Assembly (NCBI GenBank): GCA_965644315.1
Contig: CBFFRQ010000015.1
Coordinates: 40,842 to 104,841, forward strand
From: Caecitellus pseudoparvulus
Lineage: Eukaryota > Protista > Bigyra: Bicosoecida
Direction: 5' to 3'
DNA: 64,000 nucleotides
Numbering within the stretch: position 1 is the stretch's first letter; the number at the start of each line of letters is the position of its first letter. The notes below the pieces were generated by a model that worked only from the letters and a program-made list of their open reading frames with translations, ran no database searches and was not told the origin of the DNA. Made by a program: the position numbers and the translations under genes. Below are positions 35,651 through 47,849 of this stretch, piece after piece.

Positions 35651-36733
35651 CTAGTGGAAAATGTCGTCCGAGAGCTGGCGGCCCCCGAACAAGCCCTGCG
35701 AGTCATGGCGCCCCAGGGAATCGTGGCGCTCCAGCCAGGCTGTGTGGCCTGCGGGCATGGCGGCGCCGACGACGGCTGGGGCGGGGGACAATGCAGGAGG
35801 TGCGGACGCCAGCGCCTGCAGTGGCTGCGCACCCGTCCCCAGCCCCAAGCCGACCCGCTCACCACCCTGCCCGTCCTCATCACTGTCTTCGCTGGTGGAG
35901 GTGCCCACGTCTGCGGGGAAGCTCTCCCCCCTCCGTGCGCGAACACTGCGTGGTTGGTGCAGGTCGGTGCGGAGGCTGTCTGTGCTGAGCCCCCGTGCCC
36001 TGCGCCGGCCTCCAACTGCAGCCCCCGCAGGTGCAGCTTGCACACCCACTGGGCACGGAAACTCCACCCCCACTGATTCTCCAGTGGTGTTTCGGGGGAG
36101 ACCAGCGCCAGGAAGGATGCCCGTGCCAGCCCCAACGAAAGCGCCTTCTAGGGGAGGGAAAGGCCCACCTGGGGGCACAGGCATTTCGCTGTATGGCATG
36201 AGCAAGTCCACCGTACAAGCCCTCAGCAGGTACTCTTCCCTGTCTTCGCCTGCCGGAACGGGGTCGGGCAGGCGGTCGAAATCAGGAGAGGCCTTGCCAT
36301 CGCGCCTGGTCTGGCGTTTGGCCACAGTGAAGCGCGTGCTCAAGGTGCGCGCGACCTTTCCCCCCCGCAAGGGCAGGTCCCACAGGAAACGAAAGGGGCG
36401 ATTTCCGTGGTGTGAAGTGAGGGGGAGGGAGGACGTGAAGACTTTGAGGATCACCGTACCATGCTCCCCCTTCAACTCTGATTGCAGCCTGGCCAGCTGC
36501 GCCTTGCCGTCCTCAGACCTGGCGTTGAAGGGCTTGCGTATGCGAGGGTTCTTTACAGTGACCTCATGCACCGCGTAGCACGTCGTGGGCTCTTCATCTG
36601 GGCGCATTTTGAAACAGCCAGCTATCGTTACGACTGCGCGAGAGCGACCGGGGTTCATGAAAGACTCAAGCAGGACACAGGCACGCAAACAAGCAACGCC
36701 TTCCGCACTTGCTGACTGTTCTCGAACGTCCAT
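35651..36733 (-). CDS. Hypothetical protein (5' end uncertain)
   Basis: Part of a 473-aa ORF; globular-looking segment LTSHHGNRPFRF...STRFTVAKRQ followed by a low-complexity tail. Confidence 0.45.
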   Translation of the reverse strand: MDVREQSASAEGVACLRACVLLESFMNPGRSRAVVTIAGCFKMRPDEEPTTCYAVHEVTVKNPRIRKPFNARSEDGKAQLARLQSELKGEHGTVILKVFTSSLPLTSHHGNRPFRFLWDLPLRGGKVARTLSTRFTVAKRQTRRDGKASPDFDRLPDPVPAGEDREEYLLRACTVDLLMPYSEMPVPPGGPFPPLEGAFVGAGTGILPGAGLPRNTTGESVGVEFPCPVGVQAAPAGAAVGGRRRARGLSTDSLRTDLHQPRSVRARRGESFPADVGTSTSEDSDEDGQGGERVGLGLGTGAQPLQALASAPPALSPAPAVVGAAMPAGHTAWLERHDSLGRHDSQGLFGGRQLSDDIFH

Positions 36734-37419
36734 GCCGCGCTCCAGGTCGTGGCTGCGAAAGTAACGACCGGCGTGGTGGGTTTCTCCCGCAAGGACTGCT
36801 GCGAAACAAGTTCTATGCGCACCTGGACGCCGGCCGACCGTCAAAGTAGACGATACTGGGGCGCAGCCTGGCCTGCAGCTCCCTGCCCACATCGTCACCA
36901 ACGAATGCCTCTGCGCCAACAGGTGCTGCAGGGGACTCCGCTGTCTGCCGAGGGAGCTGGGCAAGGCGTTCCTCGATGGCGGCCAAAACGCTCTGCGGAA
37001 GTTGCATCCTGATGGTGTGCCGAGTTTGAGTCGTCGTGCCGCTGCCATCATAGGTGATGTGCCACAAGGCACTCTGCATGCCGGTTAATCTCAGCAGCCC
37101 CCCTAAGGCCTCACTGCAGGCAATGTCCCGCACGCAGGACTGCTGCAGGGGGTTTCTCCGGTGTGGAGCAGGATTTTCGCCTGCCATGGTGCGCAGTTGG
37201 TCTGTTCACAACCGCCTCGGCTGTGCAGACACCGAGCGGCGGAGAGTGGAATCGAATTGGGAAATGAATGAAGTTGGAAAGCTCTACTGTATGCGCTGTT
37301 TGTTGTTTTCGGTTTGCGCGCGGGAGGGGATTGGATGGCGCTTCGTGGGAACCCCCCTTGGCGTACGTGGTGGGGCTTGCGAAGTTTTCGTGCACGCTGC
37401 CGCGCCGAGGTGCCTGCAT

Positions 37420-39181
37420 TCACAGCGTCACATCCCCATCCGCATCGACAACACGAGCAACCCCATGCACTGCACCTGGTCCACCTTCTCCTTCTTCTTC
37501 GGGAGCTGGAGTGGACCTGCCGTGGCCGTCCTCCTCCTCCGCCCCTGCCGCAATTGCGCCAGCGCTTGCAGCGCTGCTGACTGACGGGTGCCGTGTCGCC
37601 AGGCGAGGCGGCGCGGACCCAGGGGGTGCAAGGTCAGGCGCTGTCGCTGTTGCGGGCGGCCTGTCTGACTTCACGGCCGTGAACAACACGGCGGTGTACA
37701 CTGTCTTCATCATGGAGTGCAGGTTCGCGGTGTACGTGCAGAGGCGGGTGCCCTCGGACACCATGTCGAAGCCAGCGGCAACGATGGCATGGCGCAACTC
37801 GAAGTACGACAGCTCCAGGCTGCGTTCATAGCCTGATGGGGACTGGGTCCCCCCTCCCACACCTCCCGTGCCGCCACCCAGCGCCTCGCCGTCCCCCGCC
37901 CCAACATGGGAGGCCCAGTGGTACAGCAGTGGCCCCAAATTGATCCACACTCCACCTGGTCGCAACAAGCGGTGGATGGTTGTCACGTACTCCAGGGCAA
38001 CTGGGGCCGTGTCCAAGAAGAAGCAAGTCACCACTGCATCCCATGTACCCTCCCCAGTCCCGTACAGCTCCAGGAAGTCCCCTGACGTCATGCTGAGATT
38101 CAGCTGTGGGTTCGTGGACAGGATGTCACTGGGTGCGATGTCTGGCACGGCGACAGGGCGCAGCATGTCTCCAGGTTTGAAGTGGTTCCCCGTGTCGTGC
38201 AGCCAAGGGTACAGCGTCAGGGACAGCGGCGCGGTGACGCTGTTCAGGATGAAATTCGACGAGAACAGCATAAAGTAGCTGGCATCATTGCCCTGCGTCG
38301 CATAGCCTCGTGCAGCTATGTCGAAGGCCAGTCGACCCAAACCACACCCCGGCACGAGCACACGCTGCATGTTGCGGTTCGCGTCCGTCACGGGCAGGTG
38401 CTTGTCGAGCTCCGCCAGCAGCGGGCCATACACGTGCTCCCGCTCCAACAGCCCCTCTTGCGACCAGTCCCGCACCAACATGGCGAGAGTGATCTTGACT
38501 TTGTGGAAGTGTTCAGCAGAGCTGCGCAGCGGAGCCTCTGGTACGGTTGCTGGCGGAGGCAACACGCGGCGGGAAGCCATGGGGTCTGCCTTTGCAGAGG
38601 CCTCATCCATGGCTGCCTTGCCTTCGCTAGCATCCTCTCGGGCGTGGGCTTGGCTCTGGCTGGCTTTTGCCTCCTCACTGCCTTGACCGGCTTGGCCTCC
38701 CGTGGCCGTTGCAGCACTGCCAACGCCAGTGACGCCCAACTCAGGCATGCCAAGCTCCTTCTCCTGGGACCTGGCAATGCTGTTCAAAGCCTGCTGATTA
38801 TAGAAGACCCCAGCTCGAGTCGCACTGGCTTTGCTCTGCAAAACACCCTCCGGACTGCACAAGGGAATGCAAAGCAGGAAGCGGGAACGTGCGGAAAGTG
38901 GAGCGCAGCGGAGCGCTTTCTGCCCCTGCTGGAGGCTGTCACGCTTTGGGAACGAGGCTTCACGGCACGCACAGCAAGGCCAAAAGGTGCTCGGGTAGCT
39001 TTGCAGCGTGAGACTCCCTCCTGCGGAGCTCAAGCTCCATCCATTGGGAGTAGTCTCTGAAAGCCTGCAGCACTGCTGTGAAGTGCGCCCTCTCAGCTGC
39101 ATCCGTCGCCTTGCCACTGTCACCACCACCTGCTGCAGACCCAGCTGCACTGGATTCCACAACGCCTGCTTTGCTACTCAT
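37420..39181 (-). CDS. CARNMT1: Carnosine N-methyltransferase / N2227-like SAM methyltransferase
   Basis: VRDWSQEG, VLVPGCGLGRL, GDFLELY, WDAVVTCFFLDTA, GGVWINLGPLLYH; first exon MSSKAG...ERAHFTAVLQAFRDY. Confidence 0.9.
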
Positions 39182-39547
39182 AGGCACAGTGGAGGCAGCT
39201 GACTGCAGCGACACGCGGGCGAGTGAGCGCCACCGAACTCTGGCCCAGGGTCCACTCCTGACCTACAAAGCAACGCCAATCGGGCAAGGACTCAGAGAAG
39301 AGGCAGTAACGGAGCACAATGCACCTTCGTTCAAATTTAGCCTTTCTCTATATCAACAATTTACATGACCGGCGAAACAAGCGTGTCGCAGGCCCCTCCG
39401 CCTGCAACGGCCACGCCAGACCAGTGCTTGCCGCCACGTGAAGCGCACTGCGGCGTGCGCTGCTTCTGCGGCATCCTGGATCGGAGCACGCATTCTTGGG
39501 CAGGACAAGCTTCCATGCAGGCGATCCCCACGAGCTGTTGTTTTAGG

Positions 39548-42500
39548 ATGGGCAAGTGGCGCGTCGCCTCAGCTGCTGCAGGTACGCCCGCATGCTTGCA
39601 AATCCCGCAGGCACCGAAACCCTGCGGCATTGTGAAGCCAGAAAGGCCTCTGAGCTTCCCAGGCGTGTCGAAAAGCATGCATTGATTGCACACTTAATGT
39701 GTTCCCTGTTTCCTCCCATGTGCAGTGCTCGCTCTGTTGGCAGGAGTGACAGTGTCAGTGGCTCAAGGCGCAGTCGATGTAGCTGGAGCCCCAACAAAGC
39801 TACCTTCTCCGCATGAACTTCGTTGGGGCACCGCCGAGGAGAGCACAGGCACCATAGAAGCTCCAGTTGACCATCGAGCTCCTGTCTCTACGCCACCCGA
39901 GCTGCACCCTGAAAGCGTCAATGTGGGAGTGCCACATGACACAGCGATCGAGCCTCTGCCGCCACATGAGGGTGGTATGGAAGAAGCGGAAGGCCTGCAG
40001 GAGGCCTTACACTCCACCCCCAATTTTCATTCTGATGCTGCAGTCCCTGATCCTGTGCCTGAGGCTGTGACAGAGGGTGAGAGCGATGGTACCGAGCCTG
40101 TGCCTATGGCCGAGGCTGATAGCGAGAGCGAGGGTGCTGTGCCCGAGCCCAAGCCCGAGGCTGTGGTTGGTGCTGGTGGCGAGAGCAAGAGCGAGGGTGC
40201 TGGTGCTGTGCCTGAGCCCGAGGCTGTGGCTGGTGCTGATGGCGAGAGCAAGAGCGAGGGTTGCTGTGCCTGAGCCCGAGGCTGTGGCTGGTGCTGGTGG
40301 CGAGAGCGAGGGTGCTGGTGCTGTTGCTGTGGCTGAGACTGGTGTTGAGAGCGAGGGTGCTGGTGCTGGTGCTGTGCCTGAGCCTGAGGCTGAGCCTGGG
40401 GTTGGTGGCGAGAGCGAGGGTGCTGGTGCTGTGCCTGAGGCTGTGGCTGAGACTGGTGTTGAGGGCGAGGGTGCTGGTGCGGATGCTGTGCCTGAGCCCG
40501 AGGCTGTGCCTGAGCCTGAGGCTGAGCCTGGGGTTGGTGGCGAGAGCGAGGGTGCTGGTGCTGTGCCTGAGGCTGTGGCTGAGACTGGTGTTGAGGGCGA
40601 GGGTGCTGGTGCGGATGCTGTGCCTCAGCCTGAGGCTGTGCATGAGCCTGAGGCTGAGCCTGAGGCTGGTGGCGAGAGCAAGAGCGAGGGTGCTGGTGCT
40701 GGTGCTGTGCCTGAGCCCGAGGCTGTGCCTGAGCCTGAGGCTGAGCCTGAGGCTGGTGGCGAGAGCGAGGGTGCTGGTGCTGGTGCTGTTGCTGTGGCTG
40801 AGACTGTGCCTGAGCCTGAGCCCGAGCCTGAGGTTGGTGGCGAGAGCGAGGGTGCTGGTGCTGTGCCTGAGGCTGTGGCTGAGACTGGTGTTGAGGGCGA
40901 GGGTGCTGGTGCGGATGCTGTGCCTGAGCCTGAGGCTGTGCCTGAGCCTGAGGCTGAGCCTGGTGCTGGTGGCGAGAGCAAGAGCGAGGGTGCTGGTGCT
41001 GTTGCTGAGGCTGTGCCTGAGGCTGAGGCTGAGGTTGAGGCTGGTGGTGTGCCTGAGGTTGATTTCGAGGGTGGTGGTGCTGGTGCTGTGCCTGAGGCTG
41101 GTGGTGAGGGCGCTTTGGTTGATCTGGAGGGCTCAAGTGATGCCCTGGTTTCGTCGGATATGGCAGTTTCTCAGGAGAACGACCATGGCATGGCGCCCGA
41201 GACGAAAGGCTCACAAGAGCAGGGTATCATCCCCACAATGGCAGAAGAAGTCCGCACAGCGCATGAGTCCGTCAGCCCCAATGCTGGCGTTCCCTTTCAT
41301 GCTGGAGAGGGGGGTTTCCCGTCCCCTGCACCAGACAGCGTTCTACAGGCAGTCGTCGATCCAGACGGATCCATTGTATCAGCTGCACCACTCGGCACGG
41401 TGCAAAGAACCCACGAGTCGACCATTCAACTCGGTCATGGGCATGGAGACAGTGCTGTAGTTTCCATCAGCGACGCAGCAAGCATTTCCCCCGAAGGTTT
41501 GTCTCTCGCTGCCTTGAGTTCTGCCCAAGACCCTGCAGGCGAGACTTTGCTCGACAGCTCCTCAGTGTCAGGAGTAGTTGATGCCAGTGAAACACCTGCG
41601 ACGCATGTGGTCTCGGTGCAGCCAGATAGTGCTGATGCAGAGGAGGCACTATCTCAGTGCCACATTGAGCTTGCTCGGGCTCAGCAGCAGCTGAATCTCG
41701 TGCCGTGGACCCTGCACACCATGAACGCTACCTTCGAGCTGGGACTCGCGTGGGTGCAGCCCATTTCCGGTGTGATTGTCCCACCATGTGAGGCTGTTCT
41801 CTCTCCAATCGTAGGACTTCTCGCGCCATTGGTAGGTAGCGTGCTTCGTGGTGCTGTGAAGGGTCTCCTGGTACCTTTTGGCAGCTTGACCCCAGCTTTG
41901 GCAAGTCTCTTTCAGTCGGCTTTTCCAGAGCACCTGCAGCGCTTTGCTCACTCTTGTGCTGAAAGTGTCTTCTTATCCTTTGTGTTGAGCACGTGCATTG
42001 TCGGTGTCGCTGCTGCTCTAAGCCTGTGCTTGCCTGGGTCAAAACGCGGCACATCCAATCCGGGGGAATCCTACTCGGCTTCGGCTGAGCCGCGCACCCC
42101 CAAACGAAGCATGCATCCTGCTCTGGCTGCAGCAGCAGCAGCCTCTTCCACACCTCCTCAACTTGGCCGAGCGACTTCGGACAACTCTGCTGAACGCGGC
42201 ATTCCTTACCAGCCGCCGGCCCAGAACACCGGCCTTGCTTCGGGCAGCGCACCAACCCCCGCTCCGTTCGGCATGCCCCAGGGTGGGACTTTTGGCGCCC
42301 CTGCCCAGGCTCCTCACGAAATAGGCGAATCCGCTCAGGGAGCAGGGGCTGCAGGGAGCACCACGGCACCCCCGGCTGGGGAAGGCGCCCTACACGCAGC
42401 CAGTGACGAGGTCGAGCCGGCTAGCAGTGCCGCTCCGCCTGTTCCATTCTTTAGCATGTCACAGGGCGGGGCAGGGACATCTCCCCAGGGTGCCTACACT

Positions 42501-43004
42501 CGCAAAAAGCCAAAGCAAGAGCTGTCGTACACCACATCAGGGATGGGGCAGCAGCTCCCCGCGTATGGCCAGCCTGGAGCGTTTGGGCCGGGCACAACGG
42601 CTCGCACGCACAGGCCATCGCTGGGCGGGTCCTCTGAGGCGGCCAGCACAGCTGCATCGTCAGCTGCCGGTGCACCGCCCATGGCCGGGGGGATGTGGGC
42701 AGGGCAGACGCTGCCGACCCACGCAGCCCAACCACCAGCAATGCCCGTGCCTGCGGGGATGTCTCCCGGCCGAGACAGCGACGCAGCCTCTCATTCGTCT
42801 GCTTTTGACGGCACAGGTGGGGATGACGGAGAAGCTCTGACGTCGGCATCGGTGGGAGCCAGCGGACTGGCTCTGCCTGACGATGACGCTGCGTCTGCGG
42901 GGCAAGCCATGGAAGGGGGCTCATCTGTCGGGCCACCCAAAGTGGCGTTCATGAACCCTGCCACGGCGGGGGGCGGCTACCGCGCCCGAACGAGCACAGG
43001 GTGA
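39548..43004 (+). CDS. Signal-peptide, acidic-repeat membrane protein with an apparent frameshift at ~40261
   Basis: Exon 39548-39581 plus intron to 39725 gives MGKWRVASAAAVLALLAGVTVSVAQG. PEPEA/GGESEGAGA repeats follow, then hydrophobic segments near 41750-42030. Confidence 0.65.
40120..41110. repeat. Modular coding tandem repeat (PE/AG-rich; includes a ~132-bp higher-order unit)
   Basis: GCTGTGCCTGAGCCTGAG / GAGAGCGAGGGTGCTGGT modules; the block at ~40371 recurs at ~40503. Confidence 0.9.
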
Positions 43005-43072
43005 ACAGTTCACGAACGAAGGTGTTGTGTGCCTCACAAGGCAGGGGGAGTGTATCGTCCAGTACAAATGCA

Positions 43073-44449
43073 TCAGGTCTGGAGCAGAGCCTTCACTTTC
43101 GCACGCAGCAACGCAACACTCCTTGGCTGCTTGGCAGGCCAACCTGCGAGCTCGTGCACGAGACCTTGCACTGCACTTTTGCGCGCTGAGGTGTCACCAT
43201 CACTGCTTTGCTGCAGTCGCCTCCCCACCAGTGCACACACCTGCACACACGAAACAAGGATCTGGCCCGACGCCTGCGCTGCGCGTGCATCACCTGCCTC
43301 TGCAAGCCGACGAGCACCCACGACCCCGGCCGAGAGGGCAGACAAGGCATGCAGCGAGGCAGCCTCATCGGTCTGCCTTGCCCGGGCCAGTGCACCCGGG
43401 ACGCCTGTCAGCGCTGCTTGCAAGCAGGGGTGCCAAGGGAATGGCAAGCGTTCCGAGAACACTGCGGCACCGGCGGCGAGCATTGCAAGTGCTGAGGTTG
43501 CCGCCTCTGGACAACCACGTGCATGTGCAACCAAAGCCTTGATGAGAACCGGGGTAAAGCTCATAGGCTCTGATGCCAAGCACATGGGCAATGCCGCCGC
43601 CCAGCGAGTTGAGGTTGCGTGGGGGCAATTAGTAAGAGCGTCTACAGCTGCTTGTGCAGCCTGGAGAGCAGGTAGCGAGTCCACCGTGCATGCCTGCAAA
43701 ACGGCTTGCATGACTTCTGCAGCAGCTCCCCTGCTCTCGAACGGCGGAGGCTCGATGCTGACTCCGAGCAGCTGCAGCCCAGCTTCCCCTCCGCTGCCAG
43801 CGTCGGCCCGTGTCCATTCCGAGGCTGCAGCCAGGACCGCGAGGGCAGCTGGGATGAGGGTCGGCTGAAGTGCTGGACATCTGTCCTGACGAGCTAGCAT
43901 GGCAGAAATTGCGGACAGAAACCCAGTTCCTTGGCCTGGTACGATCTCCAACCGGCGCCTTTTGGCAGGCTCAGCGGCGGCGACAGGTTCGCAGCCACAT
44001 GCCTGGCACAGCAGAGCAACAGCCAGGCAAGCCACCACGTCATCAGTTTGGAGCTGCGCCACATCTGAAAGAACTGCACCAGGTACAGGCTGAGAGGGCT
44101 GCCCATGTGGGGGAGGGGTGCGGAGCCATAGCAGCAAGCGCGAAGCAACGTCCCACAGAGGTTGCTGGCCGCCTTGGCAAGTCTCTTGGGGCCGCTTGCG
44201 CCCACCCAAAGGTTCGCAGACTTCTCTTCCATTCTTTAGAGTATGATTTACAAAGAACCCAAGAGCGGCCTTGCGCATGGGCTGCCCGACAGGGGTCTGC
44301 AGGATTGGCGTGGCTGCGGAACTTGTTGCTCCTGGTTCAGCAGCCAGGGCGTCCAAGATCGCAGCCTCAGGCGAAGTGGACCTGCTAGACCCGAGAGAAA
44401 ACAGATATCCGCCAACCCTCACTCTGTGCGCACCAGGTCCTGCTGCCAT
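43073..44449 (-). CDS. Hypothetical Ala/Leu-rich helical protein
   Basis: 470-aa open frame, probable start MAAGPG; no recognisable motif. Confidence 0.5.
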   Translation of the reverse strand: MAAGPGAHRVRVGGYLFSLGSSRSTSPEAAILDALAAEPGATSSAATPILQTPVGQPMRKAALGFFVNHTLKNGREVCEPLGGRKRPQETCQGGQQPLWDVASRLLLWLRTPPPHGQPSQPVPGAVLSDVAQLQTDDVVACLAVALLCQACGCEPVAAAEPAKRRRLEIVPGQGTGFLSAISAMLARQDRCPALQPTLIPAALAVLAAASEWTRADAGSGGEAGLQLLGVSIEPPPFESRGAAAEVMQAVLQACTVDSLPALQAAQAAVDALTNCPHATSTRWAAALPMCLASEPMSFTPVLIKALVAHARGCPEAATSALAMLAAGAAVFSERLPFPWHPCLQAALTGVPGALARARQTDEAASLHALSALSAGVVGARRLAEAGDARAAQASGQILVSCVQVCALVGRRLQQSSDGDTSARKSAVQGLVHELAGWPAKQPRSVALLRAKVKALLQT

Positions 44450-44569
44450 TGTGGAGTTTGGGCCGAACAAGTGCCAGGCAACCACACGCTGGCATCGACG
44501 GCTCTCTCACAAGGCAGCCGCGCCGCCCTGCCCTGTGACAGCACCCACATATGAATTTGGGAGAAACGG

Positions 44570-47500
44570 CTAGCCTCGGCGTTTCCTCTGAGTGCGTCGG
44601 CTGCTGCGTTTTGGGCGGGATGCCTCGGGTTCTGCGGCCGCTGGCTCAGGCGCTTGCACGGTAAGAGCTGCGGCCACAGCTGGCGCCTCTGAGCCCACAG
44701 GGCCATCCACTTCCACCCGGAAAACCACCTCTCCAGCAGCATTCTTCTGGCCCACTGGGTCGGCAGCAGCAGCAACAGGAGCCACTGGGCCTGAGGGGGT
44801 GCTTGCGGGGGCAGGCTGGGAGGTGATGGCCTTGTGGATGGTGGGGTCTGCCTTGTGCAGGCCCAGCTTCACAGCTCCCCACTTCGGCAAGACATCTGTG
44901 GAGCCTGCACTGGGCGCCACTGCTTCCCCAGCCAGCTTCAAGGACACACTGCGCGTGCGACCGTCTCGGACGGTGGGGCCAAGCTCCCGTTCAAATTCCG
45001 CGTCGGTCATGGAGGAGGGTGGTTTGGCCTCTTCCTCGTCCATCACAGCACCCGCTGTGGCAAGGGAAGCCAAGGCGCCGCCTCCCATCACTTCCAAGGC
45101 GCTCACATCCTCCTCCTCCTCCTCCTCCTCCTCGGGCTGTCCGGAGCCTGTGCTGGAGTCACTTGCTCGAGGGCGCTTGCGACCCCCCGTGGGGCCCACC
45201 ACCTGCGGCACACGCTCAGGCGCCGTACTGCTGCCCTCGTCCTCCTCGTCCTCCTCTTCGGCCACATCACCCTCTTCCTCTTCCTCCTCCTCCTCCTCGC
45301 CGGCAGAGTCAGAGGAGGCGCCCGGTGTGGAGGCCAGCTCCTGCCCGTGCACTTCCACCCACCCGCGCCGCACAGCCTCCGCGTACCGCATGCCCAGCCG
45401 AGCCACCTGGCCCCGCAGCTCCACCACGGTGCCCTCTTGGCGCGCTGCGTTGGCTTCTGAGACGGCCAAGGCAGCCCGTGCCTCGCTCAGGCGGTGCAGC
45501 AGGTGTGTCACGGACAGGCGGCTCTCTGTCAGGCGCTTGCGCTGCTCGCTGCGGGAGTCCTGGGCGCTGCGCAGTTTGTTCTTCAGGCGCTGCACCTCTG
45601 CGCGGTACTGCGCTGCATGCACCTTGCTGGCCCCCGCCAGGCCCCCGCCTGGTGTCATGGGGGACATGGCGCCAAGGCCCAGGCCGCCGCCCAAGGGGGA
45701 GGCCCCATGCCCTTGCGCGGCAAATGCCTCAGCACCAGATCCCGGCATCTGCAGCACTGGCATGTCCTGGGACTGACCTGCTTGGCCCCTCGCGGGGGGG
45801 GATGCGGGGGGGGGCACACCCCCCCTGCTCCCACTTGCACCCCTGCCCCCCTCCACACCCACACTGCCGGCGGCTTGTGCCTTGCCGGAGCGCCGGCTGG
45901 CACGCCCACCATCTGCGAGGAACATGCTGGCATCTGCTGGGTGCCAGGACACGCCGTGGCCCGCCCCGGCAGTGGCGGAGACCCCCCCTGCGAAGGTGGA
46001 GGTGGCCGCACCACTGACAAAGCCGTTGATGTTGAGACCACGGGCGGGGTGCAGGCGCAGGGGCACGCCCCGCGGAACACGGGCGTCCCACGAGAGCCGG
46101 AACACGGGCTTGCGCGCCCGCGCATGCTTGGCGTCCTGCTGCAGGGCCATGTCCACTTCGTCCGCACAGGGGACGCCGGCGAGGGTGGGGGCGGCATCCC
46201 CCCCCCCCCGGGGCGCCGCTGCGCCCACGGCCAGGGGCACGCCCCGCGCCACCGTGGCGGCAGCGGCCTTGGCTTCTAGGGCCTCTTGTTCGGCCAGCTC
46301 CACGGCACTGAGGCAGCCCCCCCCATGGGCACCATCCAGGGCTGAGCCACCGTAGCCGTAGGGGCCGCCGCCCAGGGCGAACTGGCGGTCCACGCAGGGC
46401 CCGTGGGCCAGGCGGGGCGCGACGGAGGAGGGCGGCTCCTCGCCCGCGAGGGCCACGAGGCGCAGGCAATTGCTGGGCATGTACGCGACGGCGCCCCACG
46501 TGAGGGACACGGCAGTCATGCCTGTGGCGTCGTTCTGGGACAGCACCATGCCATCGCCGTAGTCCGTGCGGACGCAGTCCCCCACCGCGAACAGCAGGCC
46601 GTGGTCTGGGTCAAGGAGGGGGTGTTCAGCGGCGTCAGCCCCCCCCACGGTGTGTGGGAAGCCCCCCCCCACGCTGCGAGGGCTGGGCGCAGGCCCCAGG
46701 CTCGCGCCATCATCCTCGTCGTCTGAGGGCAGGGGAGCCAGGGGGGAGGAGGCTGCGGCGAGCGTGGCTTGGGTGGCAGCGCGTAATACGCGGGGGCCCG
46801 GACGCACACCGCCCCCCGTCGCCATGCCCCCCGCTGCCGCTGCCGCCAGCTCACCAGGCCCCAGCAGGTCACGCCAATTGCAGCTGAGGCGCCCCGTCAA
46901 CAGCGCCAGGCGTGCACGGAGCTGTCCATTCTGGGCCATGACCGCAGCCGCGTGCTGGCGCTCAGACATGGTGAGGGGGGCAGGGGTGGAGCTGGAGGGG
47001 GGTGCGGCACCCCCTTCCCCGAGGCCCCCAGCTGGGTCACGCCCAGCGGGGTCCACCAGCCCCTCGAATGCATCGGGGATGAGGGGGTCAGAGCCGGTGG
47101 CGGAGGCGGCGGCAGGGGTGCCGGACCCCCCCCCATCACCCCCTCCCTCCTGCGCCCGGACACGGCCTGAGCGCCGCGTGGGCACTGGCGCGGCCGCCTG
47201 GTCACCCCCCCCCTCCTTCGCCTCGTCCACGGCCGCCTGGGCCTCTGCCAGGGCCGCCTCTCCCTTGGCCACCGCCGCCTCGGCAGCCTTGGCACGAGCT
47301 GCCAGTGCCTTGAGAGAGGCCGCCTGCTCCTGGCGGCGCAGGAGGCAGCCACGCAGCTGGTGCACATACCGGCGGCGCAGGGCGAGGAAGGTGCGGTCCC
47401 GCTCAGCCTCGCGCCCCTCCACCGCTGCCAGGCGCTGGCGCAGGGGGAGATCCACGTGCAGGCCCACAGCTGAGGTGGGAAGGTGGCCCGCCCCGGCCAG

Positions 47501-47849
47501 AAGGGCGGCTGGGGTGTGCACGGGGGCTGAGGCGGCGGCGGTGGCGGAGGCCAGCTCCGCGTCCAGCACGCCACACCCCGCCTCGGCCAGCATGCGAGCC
47601 GTGATCCAGCCAGTGAGGGCGGGGGAAGGCGCTTGCACAGAGAGCGGGTCTTCTGGCGTGTGTGGGGTGGGCAGGGGTTCTGGCGTGTGTGGGCGACAGT
47701 GCGCGCAGGGCAGGCGCAACGCACCCGGCGTCTCGGAGAAGGCAGCCTCTTCCAGCGCTGAGATGATGCGCTTGTCCACGTCTGGAGCCTGCTCGGGCTC
47801 CAGCACCTCGTGCACTTGGGAGGCGGCGTGCATGTCTGGCTTGTCACCC
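44570..47849 (-). CDS. Large hypothetical protein: coiled coils, SH3/KOW-like motif, acidic tracts, basic C-terminus (upstream exons unresolved)
   Basis: >1000-aa ORF; GDCVRTDYGDGMV...VSLTWGAVAY; poly-E runs; ends KRSSRRTQRKRRG; acceptor CTCGCAG near 47850. Confidence 0.65.

Noticed and set aside
40027-41460. Gln/His-rich (minus) and Leu/Arg/Val-rich (plus) long ORFs
   Set aside because: Alternative-frame readings of the acidic tandem repeat.
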